A stretch of DNA of 64,000 bases from Tubiluchus corallicola (lineage: Eukaryota; Animalia; Priapulida), in NCBI GenBank assembly GCA_030141605.1, contig JAQGDQ010000025.1:974907-1038906 (forward strand). Reading direction: 5' to 3'. Position numbers and translations under genes: made by a program. A model generated the notes under the pieces. It was given only the letters and a program-made list of their open reading frames with translations. It searched no databases and had not been told where the DNA came from. Positions 51,109-64,000 of this stretch are shown one piece after another; the stretch's first letter is position 1, and every line of letters starts with the position of its first letter.

Positions 51109-51904
51109 TTTTCACCATTTTTGTGTTTCACGTATTGCGTCAGTATTTGTGATAGTCACGGTCTATTAGCTTTCAAGGTTTCCTTATAAATAGTGTTTTA
51201 ATTCTGGTTCATTCAATTGTGATTTTGCGTTATTCATTTTTGGATTTTGGCATTTTTGCTAATGCATTGCGTCCAAAATTTTCCTAGCTGTGACGACGTA
51301 TGAGGTTGCTGGGATTATTTCGCAAAGAACTGCTGTGTGCTGCTGTGACTCCGACAGATTCAATTGCGATTTTGTGTAATCATTTTTAGACACGAGTGTT
51401 TATCTTCCAACACACGAAATAATTAAATTTGTTTGTAAAGAAAAAAATGAATAATAACCTTCAATAATAACAACATACACGTTGGAAGCAGCCATTTGAG
51501 AAGCGTCGTGGTATTCATGCTACTGTGCATAATAATTAGCCTGCTTCAGGTGGGATGGATCTGCAAACGGATGTTATTGAGAAATGTTACGTCGAAAAGC
51601 CGGGAAAAGGTATCTTGTAACCATGCATAACAGAAGATCACAAAGAAAACGTCAATTAATGTTGTTATCATCGCAGTGACCTGCTGGTTCTTCACCCATA
51701 TTTTGACATGTTCTTATTTTCTGACGTCGGTAATAATTGATATTTTTGTGCTGCATTTAGATATTTCGTACTTGTACTTAATTAAGTACGCAATGTTCGA
51801 CTGCGCAAATAATTCTAATTGTGTGTAAATATTTGCCAAGTTTGTCCAGTACAATCTATAATAAATAGTAAATAAGCTGAAAATGATGGCGCCTTCTTTC
51901 CTAA

Positions 51905-52394
51905 CAAATTTGAAAAGAACTGCCCATAAAGCATAAACTTAAATTATACTACCCCTGAATAGAAATTTTCAGGCGCAGTGGTTGCTACCATTCACTTGAA
52001 AATCATGATGTGACTGGGAGACCTCATTACTTTTCGTGAGCGTGTCGTGGCTTTCCGTAAATGCTAAAACCAATTCAAACTTCTGTAGCTTTCCTAAAGT
52101 TCACGCAGTAATATTACAAAATTAGCTATCTATTTTTTGTAATCAAAACAAAAAATTAAAAACTTGTTATATCTTTGCAGATTGGCAGTGCGTTACTTTT
52201 TTCAAAGCGAAAGACGTTATTGTAAGAAGAATAAGCATTGAAAATGGAAGCGTCTAAGCATGAAGTAATTGCGAGTTTAAAGCGATTTTACTAGTTACAC
52301 GAGGCGCTTATTGCAGTTTTATAACTAAATTCTTCTCACATTTTTCGCGAACATTTAAATAAGCCTAAGAAAGCTAGAAAGCTTGACCTTTTCT
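51905..52394 (+). mobile_element. Kolobok-like MITE, family K3 (left end missing)
   Basis: Colinear with 16148-16692; ends CTTGACCTTTTCT|TTAT. Confidence 0.7.
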
Positions 52395-52668
52395 TTATAA
52401 TCCCGAAATTTCTTCTTTGCTTATTATAGCTCTTTATAATGAGCACTTGTTTAACTCACGTAGCAGTACCATTGAGGCTATGAGCATTGATAAACTCGGT
52501 CATTTGGACATAAATACAGTCAACAAATCACAGATAAGTAGGTGGATAAATTGGAACTGTTCAAAATTTATCCAAGTGCAAAATTAGGTAAAGAATTGAA
52601 ATGACTATTGGTGCGGATATTTGTTGCGTTTTTCAGCTTTTACAGTCAAAAGAAGTTATTTATTACTT

Positions 52669-52836
<168 letters not shown>

Positions 52837-53239
52837 CTTTATTTAAAGTCACCTTATTGTATGAACAATTAACAGAGGCTCCAAAGAACTTTTGGGTCGA
52901 GGTTATATAGTAGGAATAGGCCTAAAGCCTAGACCGAAATGTTTAATGTAATCTAGCAGTTTAACAACTTAATCAGTGAGATGGAAAATTTACAGAAATG
53001 ATTTTTTTTGTTTTTAAAAGCGCAGATATCAATTTTAGGCTGTTTATAACCGCGCGCCTAAACTTACGCATTAAATTCTATATATTTATCTTTGCAGCCA
53101 ACTTCTCAATGCCATTGACAAGCCTAGAATTAGGAAAATACTTTTACACTTTTAATTGGCTTCTGATAAGATTAGTAAAAGATTAGATTTGTATCAGATT
53201 TGTGTAATGAATTTATATTGAGTATAAGAGTAGAAATTC

Positions 53240-53295
53240 TTGAAAGGAAGCGTGAAATTTCAGGCGAAACTTGGATTCGAACCAGGGGCTTTTAC
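53240..53295 (-). mobile_element. Possible tRNA-derived SINE fragment
   Basis: Minus strand CCCCTGGTTCGAATCCAAG contains a consensus Pol III B box; no A box or cloverleaf. Confidence 0.3.
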
Positions 53296-53681
53296 GCCAT
53301 CTTAAAACGTCACATTTAGTTTCTTTGTGAACAAATATATAGATTTATATAAGTTTAATAACCGTGAAATTAATCTATCACTAACAATTTTGAAGTTGAC
53401 GCAAACCAAGACAGTAATTATTATCCTATGTTCTACTGCTGCTACCCTACGAAAACACCCAGCATTGCCACTGGAAAACTTTCTTATTTTTGATTAGAAG
53501 ACATTTTATGCCAAACAACAACAACATAACTTAAACAGAAACTACCGAATCTTACGAAAACGGAGAAAAACAGATTTATTATAATTACTTATTAAGTACT
53601 CATATAAACGAATAGTTTCAAATCATTATTTAAGCTAATTTAGAACATATAGAGTAAGCAAATCGATTTAGCTTCATTTAA

Positions 53682-54303
53682 AGCAAAACCGGACTCATTC
53701 TTAAACTGTAGGTCAAAACAATCTAATGTTTTAAAAATATTGAATGGAAAAGTCCTATTTCTCTTGACTTATGTGAAAGAATTATTACCACACAAACATA
53801 ATTTCACGTTCGCCCCACTAGTTCTTCGCTGTTACATACATTTCGCCATTCGCTAATTAGACGGGCACTAACGCCTGTATTTCGGAAACACATTGGACAG
53901 AAAACAAGGGTTGCATTTCTCAATTCAGATGTGTTAGCTTGTGACGAACTACACACGTTCGACAGCTCATGCGCTAGCACCGCGGTAAATTTGAAATTTG
54001 AATTTTTATATTAAAACTTGCCTAGTTTTAGTACAACACACTGAATATCTTACAGTAACACTGTACTTTCACAAACACGTTCAACACGCTCGTGAAATAT
54101 TTTTGCTGTTGAAAATTATGTTAGTTTGTGATGTCATCAATAGTTGGGCTCGCTGTTAATTAAGTTTTTTAATCTATTATTTAATTATCAGAAACGCTTT
54201 TACAGTATTAATTGTGTTAAAATGTGTTAAATTGTGTTAAAAATGTATACTTTTCATCGGACTTGAAAATGAGGTAGTATATGAAAAATCATTCTGCCTT
54301 CTT
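53682..54303 (+). mobile_element. Kolobok-like MITE, family K2
   Basis: TTAA|AGCAAAACCGG ... GCCTTCTT|TTAA; interior matches the other K2 copies. Confidence 0.75.
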
Positions 54304-55138
54304 TTAAGGCTTCTAAAATCGTCAATATATATATATATATATATATATACGCCTCTGGTGTGCAGTTCTATAAGATGCATATCCACAAAATAGTAACAAA
54401 AACACTAGAGAAAACACATACAGTAGTTATATTTCAGCATTAATTTGATTTAGATGTTTAGCTTTCGATACGATTCGCTTTCATAACAACAATACTTTAG
54501 ACGTTTGACATTCCCAAATGAAATTGTCACTTAATTCCTAAGTTATTATCACACGTTTAGCTTACATTTACAACATTTATAAACTTTTTAAATAAGACAT
54601 AACACATTTTTGAACGATTTTCATATAATATATGTTATAGTCAATAATTGTGCAGGTCTTTATGATCAATAAATATAAACAAGCATGTGCGAAATTCTTA
54701 AATCATAATAATAATAATTATAATTTCAATTATCATCGCTAATTATTTCCTTTCTATTCACGAATAGTCGAAAACATAAATGGCACACCATACAAATATA
54801 GGTTAAAAAGCTTGACATAACACGCTAGGTTTCTTTTGGTCATTTGGCAAAATTTTAGTTTGCCAAGTACGTAGCAAGCTGCCTTCACTGTAACCACAAT
54901 CAGCATTGGTCAAGAATTAATTTAATTAATCAGATCATTGGGTCTTTATACTTCTGCAAGTCTACATTATTACTTTCTCTGCAGACTGCAAACTATCTTT
55001 CATGTATTATTATGGTAAAAAAATCGCTGACAGGGTATAGTTAAAAAACTTTTTCACCAATCTTTTTGGAACTCCACTCACAATGGAGGCTTGTGAAAAG
55101 GTGTTCACCAGCAATTTTATACAGAATAATGTTAATTA

Positions 55139-55521
55139 GGTCTTTCACAGTTCCAGCGACTGATGATGATCGTTAAAAGGTCAACGGTTAAGTGTACCAC
55201 ACAACACAATTGTGTACACTTGACGATGCCTCGCAGCCCATGCTGTTGTAATGGTAACGGTTTTAACAACTAACTAGAACCTTACCTAGTTCATTATTTC
55301 TTGTTCCCAAGCAAGATCCTACTAGCAAATCACTCTAAGCACAAACTAATGTATAATTAAGTAAAGTAAACGTAAAACAACTGAAGTTACTGAACTGACG
55401 CCACTGACGGCTTTACTTTACCTACATCATGTGACAGTTATAGTTAAGAGGCGTTGCTGTGGTACACTTAACCTTTGACTTAAAACAAATGCGCTTGCGC
55501 ACAACAAAACTGTGAAAAGGC
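55139..55521. mobile_element. Harbinger-like foldback MITE just downstream of the opsin stop codon
   Basis: TTA|GGTCTTTCACAGTT ... AACTGTGAAAAGGC|TTA; inner arms GGTTAAGTGTACCACA and TGTGGTACACTTAACC. Confidence 0.7.
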
Positions 55522-55653
55522 TTACTAGGCCTGCTTGCTTGATGACAGTAATGCGGACGAGGTAACAGAATGTTAAAGTGCAAAAAATTGAAAGGTGTTA
55601 TAAATGAAAAACTTTGACCTGAAGCACAGTAGTTAGAATATTAACTGCCCCGT

Positions 55654-56810
55654 TTACAACTTAACTTGCACCATGTCAGTTTTGACAGGGGCTGAAGTTT
55701 TACCATTTCCCACGCTAGATGTTGCCATTGCGGCAGAATTATATGCAGGCGGTTTTTCATTATCAACAACAGATGGCGCATCATCCGACACATAACTCGG
55801 ATTTTCGTAACAAGGTGACGACGGTGACGTCACCGAGTTGGCTTTGCTATTCCTGTAGGCCTTTTTTGCACATTCCTTGAACACTTTTCGTCTGTCGGTT
55901 GCGTCGTTGAGGATTTTGGCCATGTCTTCTTCTGATACAACACTCACATCATTTTTTCTCTTCAAATGCTCATGTGTTGGTTTCACCTCTTCGCTTTCTG
56001 TGGATTCATTGCGGGCCTTCGTGCTTTGGCGAAATCCTCTCTCATCCTCCAGCAACGAGGCTGCAAATTTGCTCATCATTTTCATGGCAATGTCGATAGA
56101 GATTGAATCGTCGCGACCGAATGGGTTTCGTACGCTGCCGTTTGGATCATATTCTGTGGAAACCATGGACGGTTCTGTCTGAAGACGTGCCTTCTTGGCG
56201 CTGTTGTTGGCAACATGGCTGGTTCTGGTGACAGAGCCAGCTGTTCCAGAAGTATCTGAATCTGAAGTAAGCATGCTGGATACCAGAGGTACTCTCTTAA
56301 TGAGAGCAGCACGAAACTTGGGGTGCGATGCTGCATATACAATTGGATTGTATATTGTAGCACTTTTTGCAAAAAGTGCACAGAGCTGAGACGCCAGTGG
56401 AGTAAGCAGGTCCAGCCTGCCGCAGTAACCCATCATTGAAACCACGGCATATGGTGTCCAAGCCCAGAGGTACATGAAGACCAGTTTCAAGGCGACCTTG
56501 GCCACTTGCATTTCCTGATTTCTCTCTCCCTGCTTGTTGATGCTGGCGTTTAGTCCTTTGATCGTCTGCTTCATGGCCCTCTTGTGTTCCCCAATCTTTT
56601 TGAAAATGACGTAGTAACAAGCCAAGATAATGACTAGGGGCAGAACGAAGCAGCCCAGAAACATCCCAAGAACGAAGTAGCGAGCTGAGATAGTCTGTGT
56701 GACGTAATCGAATGAGCAAGTGGTCAGGAAACCTTCTGCTGCGTACGACATCGGTCCTATCCAAGGAGGCAAACACCAAGCAAAACACCAGGCCCAGACA
56801 ATGGCAAGTC
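55654..56810 (-). CDS. Rhabdomeric (Gq-type, melanopsin-related) opsin, terminal exon (TM4 to C-terminus)
   Basis: EGFLTTCSFDY (E181 and C187 equivalents), WAWTPYAVV, FAKSATIYNPIVY (Schiff-base Lys codon 56365-56367) and HPKFR; tttctttaAG acceptor, phase 1. Confidence 0.96.
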
Positions 56811-57066
56811 CTTAAAGAAAAAACCCTTTAAACTATAATTAATATAATTTTAATTTTTAAATATGCTTTTTACAATCTACGATGTAGAAAAGTATATTTT
56901 TTATTGTCTAAATATACTGCCTGAAATGCTTGGCGAGTTTGACTCAAAAAAGACCGCAAATCCAGCTCGTTTGAACTCGTTTAGCAACGTACTTGATTGT
57001 TGAAGATGGCTGAACCTCTGTGTGAATTTTCTACACTAAACTTAGGCAAACTCTATAAATAGTTAA

Positions 57067-57718
57067 AGGGCAAGAAGCCCTCCATTTACATAAAACTTAA
57101 AAAAATCATCTTGAAATACCACTTACGTACTGCCGTTTTGCATGCAGAGCTTGCGTCGGCAGCAATGCTGTGTAAAACACTCGCGATGACTGTTAGGCGC
57201 AGCGATTTTGATGGTAGGTCGTTTTATACAGGTTTAAGTAACATTGCGTGAAGTTTGAAAAAATAATGAGAGCATTCGTAACATACATGCTACTAACTAA
57301 GTAGAATTTTAAATTACTGTATCTTATCAATAAGATTAAAAATACGTTTTTGGTTAGTAAGTGGCGCACCCTGGAGGGTGAGCCAGCGACATTTTACCAA
57401 TAGGCGCGAACATTTTAAATTATTATTTCTAGTTACATAAGTCTCTCCAGCAGGTAAGCGAAATGCTAAGTAATATAGATTTGTTTGGAAAGTTTTTTGG
57501 GACATAATTTAACATTGCCTTTTCTTCCCCTGATTTACGCTTGCGTAAGTGACGTCATGTAACGGTGCCGTTGAAACAGTATTGCGGGAGATTTGAAATG
57601 AAAACAAACAAAAATTACTTTTAATGCGAGTACGATATATGCACAAAATTGCTATAAAGTAATATAATTTTTATACGATTTTTCTGAAACATAGTTCAGG
57701 TAACCCTCTTCTTGTTCT
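57067..57718. mobile_element. Kolobok-like MITE in an opsin intron (single copy in the window)
   Basis: TTAA|AGGGCAAGAAG ... CTTCTTGTTCT|CTAA, imperfect TIR. Confidence 0.5.
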
Positions 57719-58027
57719 CTAAACTAAAAACATATGTGACGTACAACTTTGCAGGGCGTGGATGTGTGCAAGAAAAAATGGTGGTATTATAGAAAAAAAG
57801 TTGTTATTTGGGGTAATTCAAAGTTAATTATTTACAGGCATATGTATAGATGCGGAATCGGCATCGCGACTCCATTGGTTGTTGAGTTTGAGTTTGTCAG
57901 TTTTAATTTGATGAATTCAATACGGTTCTGTATCATCATACTTTGTTTGTCAAACTAAAACTGACAAACCAGTTTCACGAAAAAAAAATCATAACCCCTA
58001 AAATGGCAGACGTAATTGTAACTCTAC

Positions 58028-58168
58028 CTGCGATCGCTTGTTTGTAGCTCAACTTTTTCAACTTCTCTGTATTGACAATAACATAGTAGCGATCAACAGA
58101 AATGAGTGCCAAGTTGTTGATGGACATCAAGCCAAACATTGAGCCAAACCATCCGTATACATGACAGC
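58028..58168 (-). CDS. r-opsin exon (TM3, DRY)
   Basis: AG/GT flanks, phase 1-1; GCHVYGWFGSMFGLMSINNLALISVDRYYVIV; Tyr at the position equivalent to bovine 113. Confidence 0.93.
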
Positions 58169-58356
58169 CTAAAATTATTGTCAACAATTACTTTGTTGTC
58201 TTACATCTTGGAAATCAGACAAGAGAAAAAATTATGGTGCAAAGTATTTTTTTTGCAAATTGACCATGTTGATTCAGTTGTAAGTGAACGAAAAGAGAAT
58301 ACACACTCTCAATGCATTCAGCTGGTGTTGTCATGATAATCATAATGTTCTTTTAT

Positions 58357-59023
58357 TTGTGAGGTACTTGCGAGTTTACTGGTGAGGTACAAGACGATTT
58401 GCGAGGTACTTGCGAGGTTACTAGTGAGGTACAAGACGATTTGTGAGGTACTTACGAGGTTACTGGTGAGGTACAAGACGATTTGTGAGGTCTAGCGAGG
58501 TTACTGGTGAGGTACAAGACGATTTGTGAGGTACTTGGAGGTTACTGGTGAGGTACAAGACGATTTGTGAGGTACTTGGAGGTTACTGGTGAGGTACAAG
58601 ACGATTTGTGAGGTACTTGCGAGGTTACTGGTGAGGTACAAGACGATTTGTGAGGTACCTGCGAGGTTACTGGTGAGGTACAAGACGATTTGTGAGGTAC
58701 TTGGAGGTTACTGGTGAGGTACAAGACGATTTGTGAGGTACTTACGAGGTTACTGGTGAGGTACAAGACGATTTGTGAGGTACTTGCGAGGTTACTGGTG
58801 AGGTACAAGACGATTTGTGAGGTACTTACGAGGTTACTGGTGAGGTACAAGACGATTTGTGAGGTACTTGCGAGGTTACTGGTGAGGTACAAGACGATTT
58901 GTGAGGTACTTGCGAGGTTACTGGTGCGGTACAACACGATTTGTGAGGTACTTGCGAAGTTACTGGTGAGGTGCAAGACGATTTGTGAGGTACTTGCGAG
59001 GTTACTGGTGAGGTACAAGACGA
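58357..59023. repeat. 42-bp minisatellite, about 16 copies, in an opsin intron
   Basis: Unit GAGGTTACTGGTGAGGTACAAGACGATTTGTGAGGTACTTGC, with 41-bp variants. Confidence 0.95.
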
Positions 59024-59306
59024 TAAGCGTGTATTCTGTGTCTGTCCTATAACGGCTCATCTTAGACAGGTCGTTAGATATTCTGATATTTGACACGTCA
59101 TCCCTGACATCTATAATGATACGCTAAACAAGTGGAATATGTACATAAATGTTTGTTATTGTTTCCCTGAATGCCTTTGTATAGTTACACATAAGAAAAC
59201 TATTTTGTATTACTGTTGTATAATATTGCTGCCCATAATGCTACTTGCAATTTATTTTGCTGAAAGTTTTTCTTGTAATCTTATTATAATTTTGGTGGTT
59301 AATAAA

Positions 59307-59338
<32 letters not shown>

Positions 59339-59823
59339 CGAAGCACTATGAACAACCAGGAAGCCAAGAAAGTATCATGACTATAATTCTTCAGACCAGA
59401 AATAACTTTAAAATAATATGAGTCAGCTAAGGCGAATACTGTAAAAATTAAAGAAATTTTTTATTTTGAGTTTTTGGAAAAGTGAGGAATAGATGAGTAC
59501 AAAACCTATTTCCTATCGATATATTTATAGCTGAACAACGACAAACAGTGGTATTATGGGCATATTTTCAATTTCTGCTCAATGTTTGGTTGTAGATTAA
59601 ACTATAAGTCCTCGAACGCCCAATGTGTGTGAATTTTGTACAACTTTTCAGTGGTGGAATCAGTAAAATTCTATGCTCGATCTATATAATTATGGAATAA
59701 CAATTATATATAATAACATAGAAAAGTGTCCGGAAAAATAAAAGAAAACGCACAATGTTTTTATTGCGCATGCGTAAGCAATGAAAGCGCACATTATTTG
59801 TCGTGGATAAGAAGGCATCTTAC

Positions 59824-59957
59824 CGATTTTGCCGAACATCCAGCGTCCATGGAAACTGCTGTAAGAATACAGAGGTGCGTTGCTGCCTATCATTAGAAAA
59901 TCGCTAAGAGCTAAGTTAACAATTAGCAAGTTGGATGGAGTCCTCAGACTTTTCGTA
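59824..59957 (-). CDS. r-opsin exon (IC1, TM2)
   Basis: tgctttcAG and GTAAGA flanks; TKSLRTPSNLLIVNLALSDFLMIGSNAPLYSYSSFHGRWMFGKIG. Confidence 0.94.
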
Positions 59958-61071
59958 CTGAAAGCAGTAAACCAAATGATTAGTGATCCAATTGCCGGGT
60001 AGCGCCATCTAATGTGCATTTTAAAAATTAGAATATAGGGCGGTGGGCAGTACAGTGCACTATTTTTGGGCAGAATTTGCCAGATATGCAACGCGTATCT
60101 TTAATTACATTACAATGCGCCAACACTTTCCGTAACCGATTTTTGAATGCAAAAAAGTTTTTAGGAAAGCTTCATCCACATGTAGAGAGCGACATGCCAT
60201 CTTGTGCGTTAATCGGTTAATTTGAATTAGTTTGGATTATCTATTTTCTGAATATCATTTACAATAATATAAATACGTTAACTTTGCAAAAATTTGACTT
60301 ATACAATTTGTGTTAGGCAGACGAGAATAAGAATTCTATAAAAAAGATTATCTTAAAGATTTACAGGTGAATTTTCGAAAAAAACACATTTAAGAAAAGT
60401 GGTGAAATGTCTAAGAATGTTAATCTACTGGAATAATTTGTTTAAAAAAATAAAAAGTCATGCTGAACTGTCTCTAACTGCTCAGTATGCGTTTTATGAT
60501 AGAGGTTCCCCAACGGAATACTAAAAGAAGTCATACAAAAGACTGTTGATACTTTCCTTTTATGTATAAAACAATCTGACAATCATATTACCAACTTTAT
60601 GTGCAGCAGCAATTTAAGAGTTGTGCTAGTTTGGGAACTTCAACTCAGAGATCATAATAACGCCAAGATCACAAAATTCATTAGGCGAATAATTTTGTTT
60701 TCAGGATTGGCAAATTCTAAACGAATTTAGTATATTTGTGAACAACACTAGCATGTCTAATCATGGCTTTCCGTTTGATGTTATCTACATTTTTGATGTT
60801 ACCAGAAAATTTAGCGTATAATTTACAAAGTATTGCAAAGTTTTTAATACGCAGCAGAAATGGAAGGGCTTCCAGAACTAAGCATTAGGCATTGTCATTA
60901 ATAATTTGGTGTATCAGGAAAATTTATTCCCTACCTTTATGCATTGTTGCATTGTCAGTTAAAACTTTTGATCCACACTTGTATAGACTTCCATTAAGTA
61001 GTATAAAAGTAATTGTTTTAGTATTAGTTTGTACGACTTAGTTAAGGGAGAAAAATGGGAATTAAACTTAC

Positions 61072-61163
61072 GTAGTGAAGAGCCATATAACTGTGAGGTT
61101 TCCAACAACGCCAAGAATTCCAACTAGTACGCAGTACACACCAAGCAAAGTGTGAACTGATAC
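61072..61163 (-). CDS. r-opsin exon (TM1; not in the ORF track); the upstream N-terminal exon was not identified
   Basis: tatttAG and GTAAGT flanks; VSVHTLLGVYCVLVGILGVVGNLTVIWLFTT; phase-2 end matches the next exon. Confidence 0.9.
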
Positions 61164-63831
61164 CTAAATAAGCGTAAGTAGATAGTTTATAGTTTATTGC
61201 AACAACCAAAAAATTAAATCAAAAATTACAACAATAAGAGACGTACTACAGAACTACAGAACCGTTACTACAGAACAGACGACAGTTTCTCTAATCAGGA
61301 AACATTAATTTAGGTGCATTCGACAGCTTAAAAGACAGATAAGTTATTGTTAAAAAGTATTAGTTTTTTAAACAATCTATTTGTAATTGCATCTTAGGGA
61401 CACGAGCGTGAAATTTAAATATCAATACTGTCACGTAATTCAGTTGCATTACATATACAAAGTCGATTATAATTTTAAGAACATCTAAGTCATTCTGATC
61501 CATTGAAAATGAAATTTCTTCAGTTCAGGTATAACAGCAAAAGCAGTTATAAATTGCTTTAGTTTTTTATATAAGTTAGATTTCAAGTCATCCTATATAG
61601 TATAATGTAATATAAAATGATTCATCTTCATTGTAAATCAGGACAATGTAAGTAAAAATTAAGGTCAGTGAACGTACATTTGTAACACAATAAGAGGATA
61701 TAGACTTTTTAGCCAACTAAGCCCGCATAAGTACAAAAGATTTTATTTTTTTAAATAAATAAACAAACTAAGCAAAAAATAATACGTTTGCAATCCATCT
61801 TGGGGCTACAAATTTGAAAAACTAATAAAAAATTGAGAATAAAAAGCCAAATTTTCTTTTTCTCCTGCCTCTCAAAATGACATCCATGCAACTTGTTAGG
61901 CACTTGCTCCAGCAAGTTTTGTTCTTTAATTATGCAATTCTCAGTATACAGTGCACTGAATCAAGGGAGAGAGATCATTATATTTAATCCTAAACGTGCA
62001 CCAGCTGTTGGAAATATGAACCTCAGGTATACGAATAGCAAGGTTTGATTGAATGACTTGTAGCTTTCAAGCAGAAAATCTCTATAAAGCAATAAACGCA
62101 GGCTATTTTTGTCTGAACGGAGATGAGTGCAGCACAAAGCAAGACAGAAAAACAGCAACACCGACAACGATAACAGCAGCGGCAGAAACAGCAGCTAAAA
62201 CGACATCGGCGACAACGACAACGACAACGATGACGACTGTGATGGACCAGACTAGGTCCACCCCTTGGCTAAAGTGTGTTCTTGCACATCACAAGCAACC
62301 ACCTATGTACATTATACTATGCAATTTGGTTCAGTGATAAATGTTTTGTTCGATTGAAGAGGCCTAACCTGCATTGTTTACTTTATTTTTTATTGCTGTT
62401 GTTGTAATAATGTACTAGGCACCCATGAACTATATCTGTTTCAGTGTTGTGCAGGTCATTTTGAAAGTGTGTTAGCTTCGGCCTTGTGTATTTTATTACA
62501 GGGGTGTTTTGCTTTCTCATTCAGCCTATATAGTGTTACAGTTACCTGTCTAAAGTGTAAAACTACCTAGAATGTAGTGAACTGTTCCAGTAACAGGAAA
62601 ATGTGCTTTTGATAGAGAGAAGTGTGTAGGGGGGGGGGGGTCTGAAAAATGATGGCAGTTAAAATGTTGGGTTTAGAATTTTGAGGACAAACCTAAGATT
62701 TATCTGTTGAAATTGGCTGAACTGTTGTTTTATTGTGAAAAATCCTGGACAATTGTAAATGGTGTAATACTATCCTAATGGACAATGTGTTGTAATGCAA
62801 TTGAGTGGAGAAAAGACCAACTTTGAGCCTTCTACACAGTATAAGCAATCCAGCACTTGTTGTCATTGTGTGGACGGACTGGCACCTAGTACTGTCGAGC
62901 ATGGTATGCGAAGTTTCGGAGATGGTATCCCTTCCATGGAGTACCCTCGTGACTGCCAATGGACTGACGTAGTGAGCGCTCGCCCGAGAGATAAGTAACA
63001 GTTTACTTTTGAGCTCAATTGTGAATACTCAACTTGGTGATATCTTGTGCACAAACTCTTATGGACAGTGAAAACTGCAGTTACTATTAGGTTACTGTTT
63101 AATACAAAGAACTCGTGCTGTAATTCTTGAAATGGCCATCTTTAACTATTGTAATGTATTTTTTCCTTTTTTTCTTGATTTACTCAGATTGTCTGTCAGT
63201 AGAATAAAAGCATTGAAATGTTAATTGATCTTTCAGTAAGCTTTGTATTCAGAAACAGGTACACATAAACCACAAGGAAAACTCCGCATTTCAAAAGCCT
63301 TAGTGTCAGTCTCGCAACGTTGCCAAAGTTAAGTGCGCTTCTTACTCGTATTGCATAAGTTACTAATTATTATCACACACGAGGAACGCCGTCATTACAA
63401 CGACGACGACGACGACAACAACAACTACAACAACAAGAACAAAAACGACACAAGAGCGAAAAGGTGTTCTAAACTGCAACTGTTTGAACTTTCTGTGCTG
63501 CAATGTTTGTAACAATTTCTTCAGCTCTGATTTTTGTAGTGTAGACTTCCTCTTAACACACAGTTCAAGACACAGCTTGTGGAAGCCATTGCCTCAAAAC
63601 CCAGTTGTATGGCTTCAAAAACGGCTGATAACAGCCCTTTATACTCTACTAATAATAAAGCTAACTTTTCGGTATTTGCTTCGGAAAAAATTGCGGAAAT
63701 TTCCAATACAAGTTGAATAATCGTTTGTAATGCAATTACGATTTCTATTGGGCTTTATACGCAGAATGTAGGCTACCCATTGAACTGCGATAATGTGTCT
63801 GCATCTTAATTTGTCATAGAAGGACAATTAA

Positions 63832-64000
63832 AGGTAAACCAGACGATTGTGTAAACATTAGTTCAAAATAAAGTAGCTGTAAAATATTGAAAACGACAAT
63901 AGCTTTTTTTAAATCAAAGCTTAGATTAAATAATAATTACCTCAGATAGTTAACTTCTGCTAAACTTTCAAAGCTACACGCGGCTCAGCGAATTCAATAA
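63832..64000 (+). mobile_element. Kolobok-like MITE, family K1 (runs off the window)
   Basis: TTAA|AGGTAAACCAGACGATTGTGTAAACATTAGTTCAAAATAAAG matches 4100 onward. Confidence 0.78.

Noticed and set aside
58501-59096. 184-aa and 112-aa repeat ORFs
   Set aside because: They come from an intronic 42-bp VNTR whose 41-bp units break the frame.
60650-60810. Possible CR1 reverse-transcriptase relic (GFPFDVIYIFD)
   Set aside because: Only one short motif is recognisable; too degraded to call.

Overview
AT-rich, intron-rich animal genomic DNA. Vertebrate-type TTAGGG repeats, a rhabdomeric opsin and many TTAA-target MITEs suggest a non-insect invertebrate (inference). No prokaryotic features, rRNA, intact tRNA or CRISPR were seen. 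Five genes could be reconstructed by hand from splice sites and reading phase. (1) A minus-strand lachesin/IgLON/DIP-like Ig-domain gene whose signal-peptide exon (22917-22989) lies about 20.6 kb from its Ig exons (2207-2305, 1220-1450, 283-404) and which continues off the left edge. (2) A GT11 alpha-1,2-fucosyltransferase (+, about 25441-27291). (3) A two-exon MS4A/CD20-like tetraspan gene (-, 28621-31462). (4) A secreted 448-aa Tyr/Ser/Pro/Gly-rich protein with SYEPAGR heptad repeats (+, 49762-51108). (5) An r-opsin (-, 55654-61163; first exon not found). The 35-48.5 kb block is transposon-dense. It holds five copies or part-copies of a non-autonomous Helitron in two subfamilies, twice in A-then-B order, a 2.75-kb Kolobok-like element and minisatellites. 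Between the Helitron copies lie an intact orphan galactocerebrosidase (GALC) exon and an integrase-core fragment. The best candidates for novelty are the Helitron cluster with possible gene-fragment capture and the SYEPAGR protein. All homology calls come from motif recognition by eye; no searches were run.
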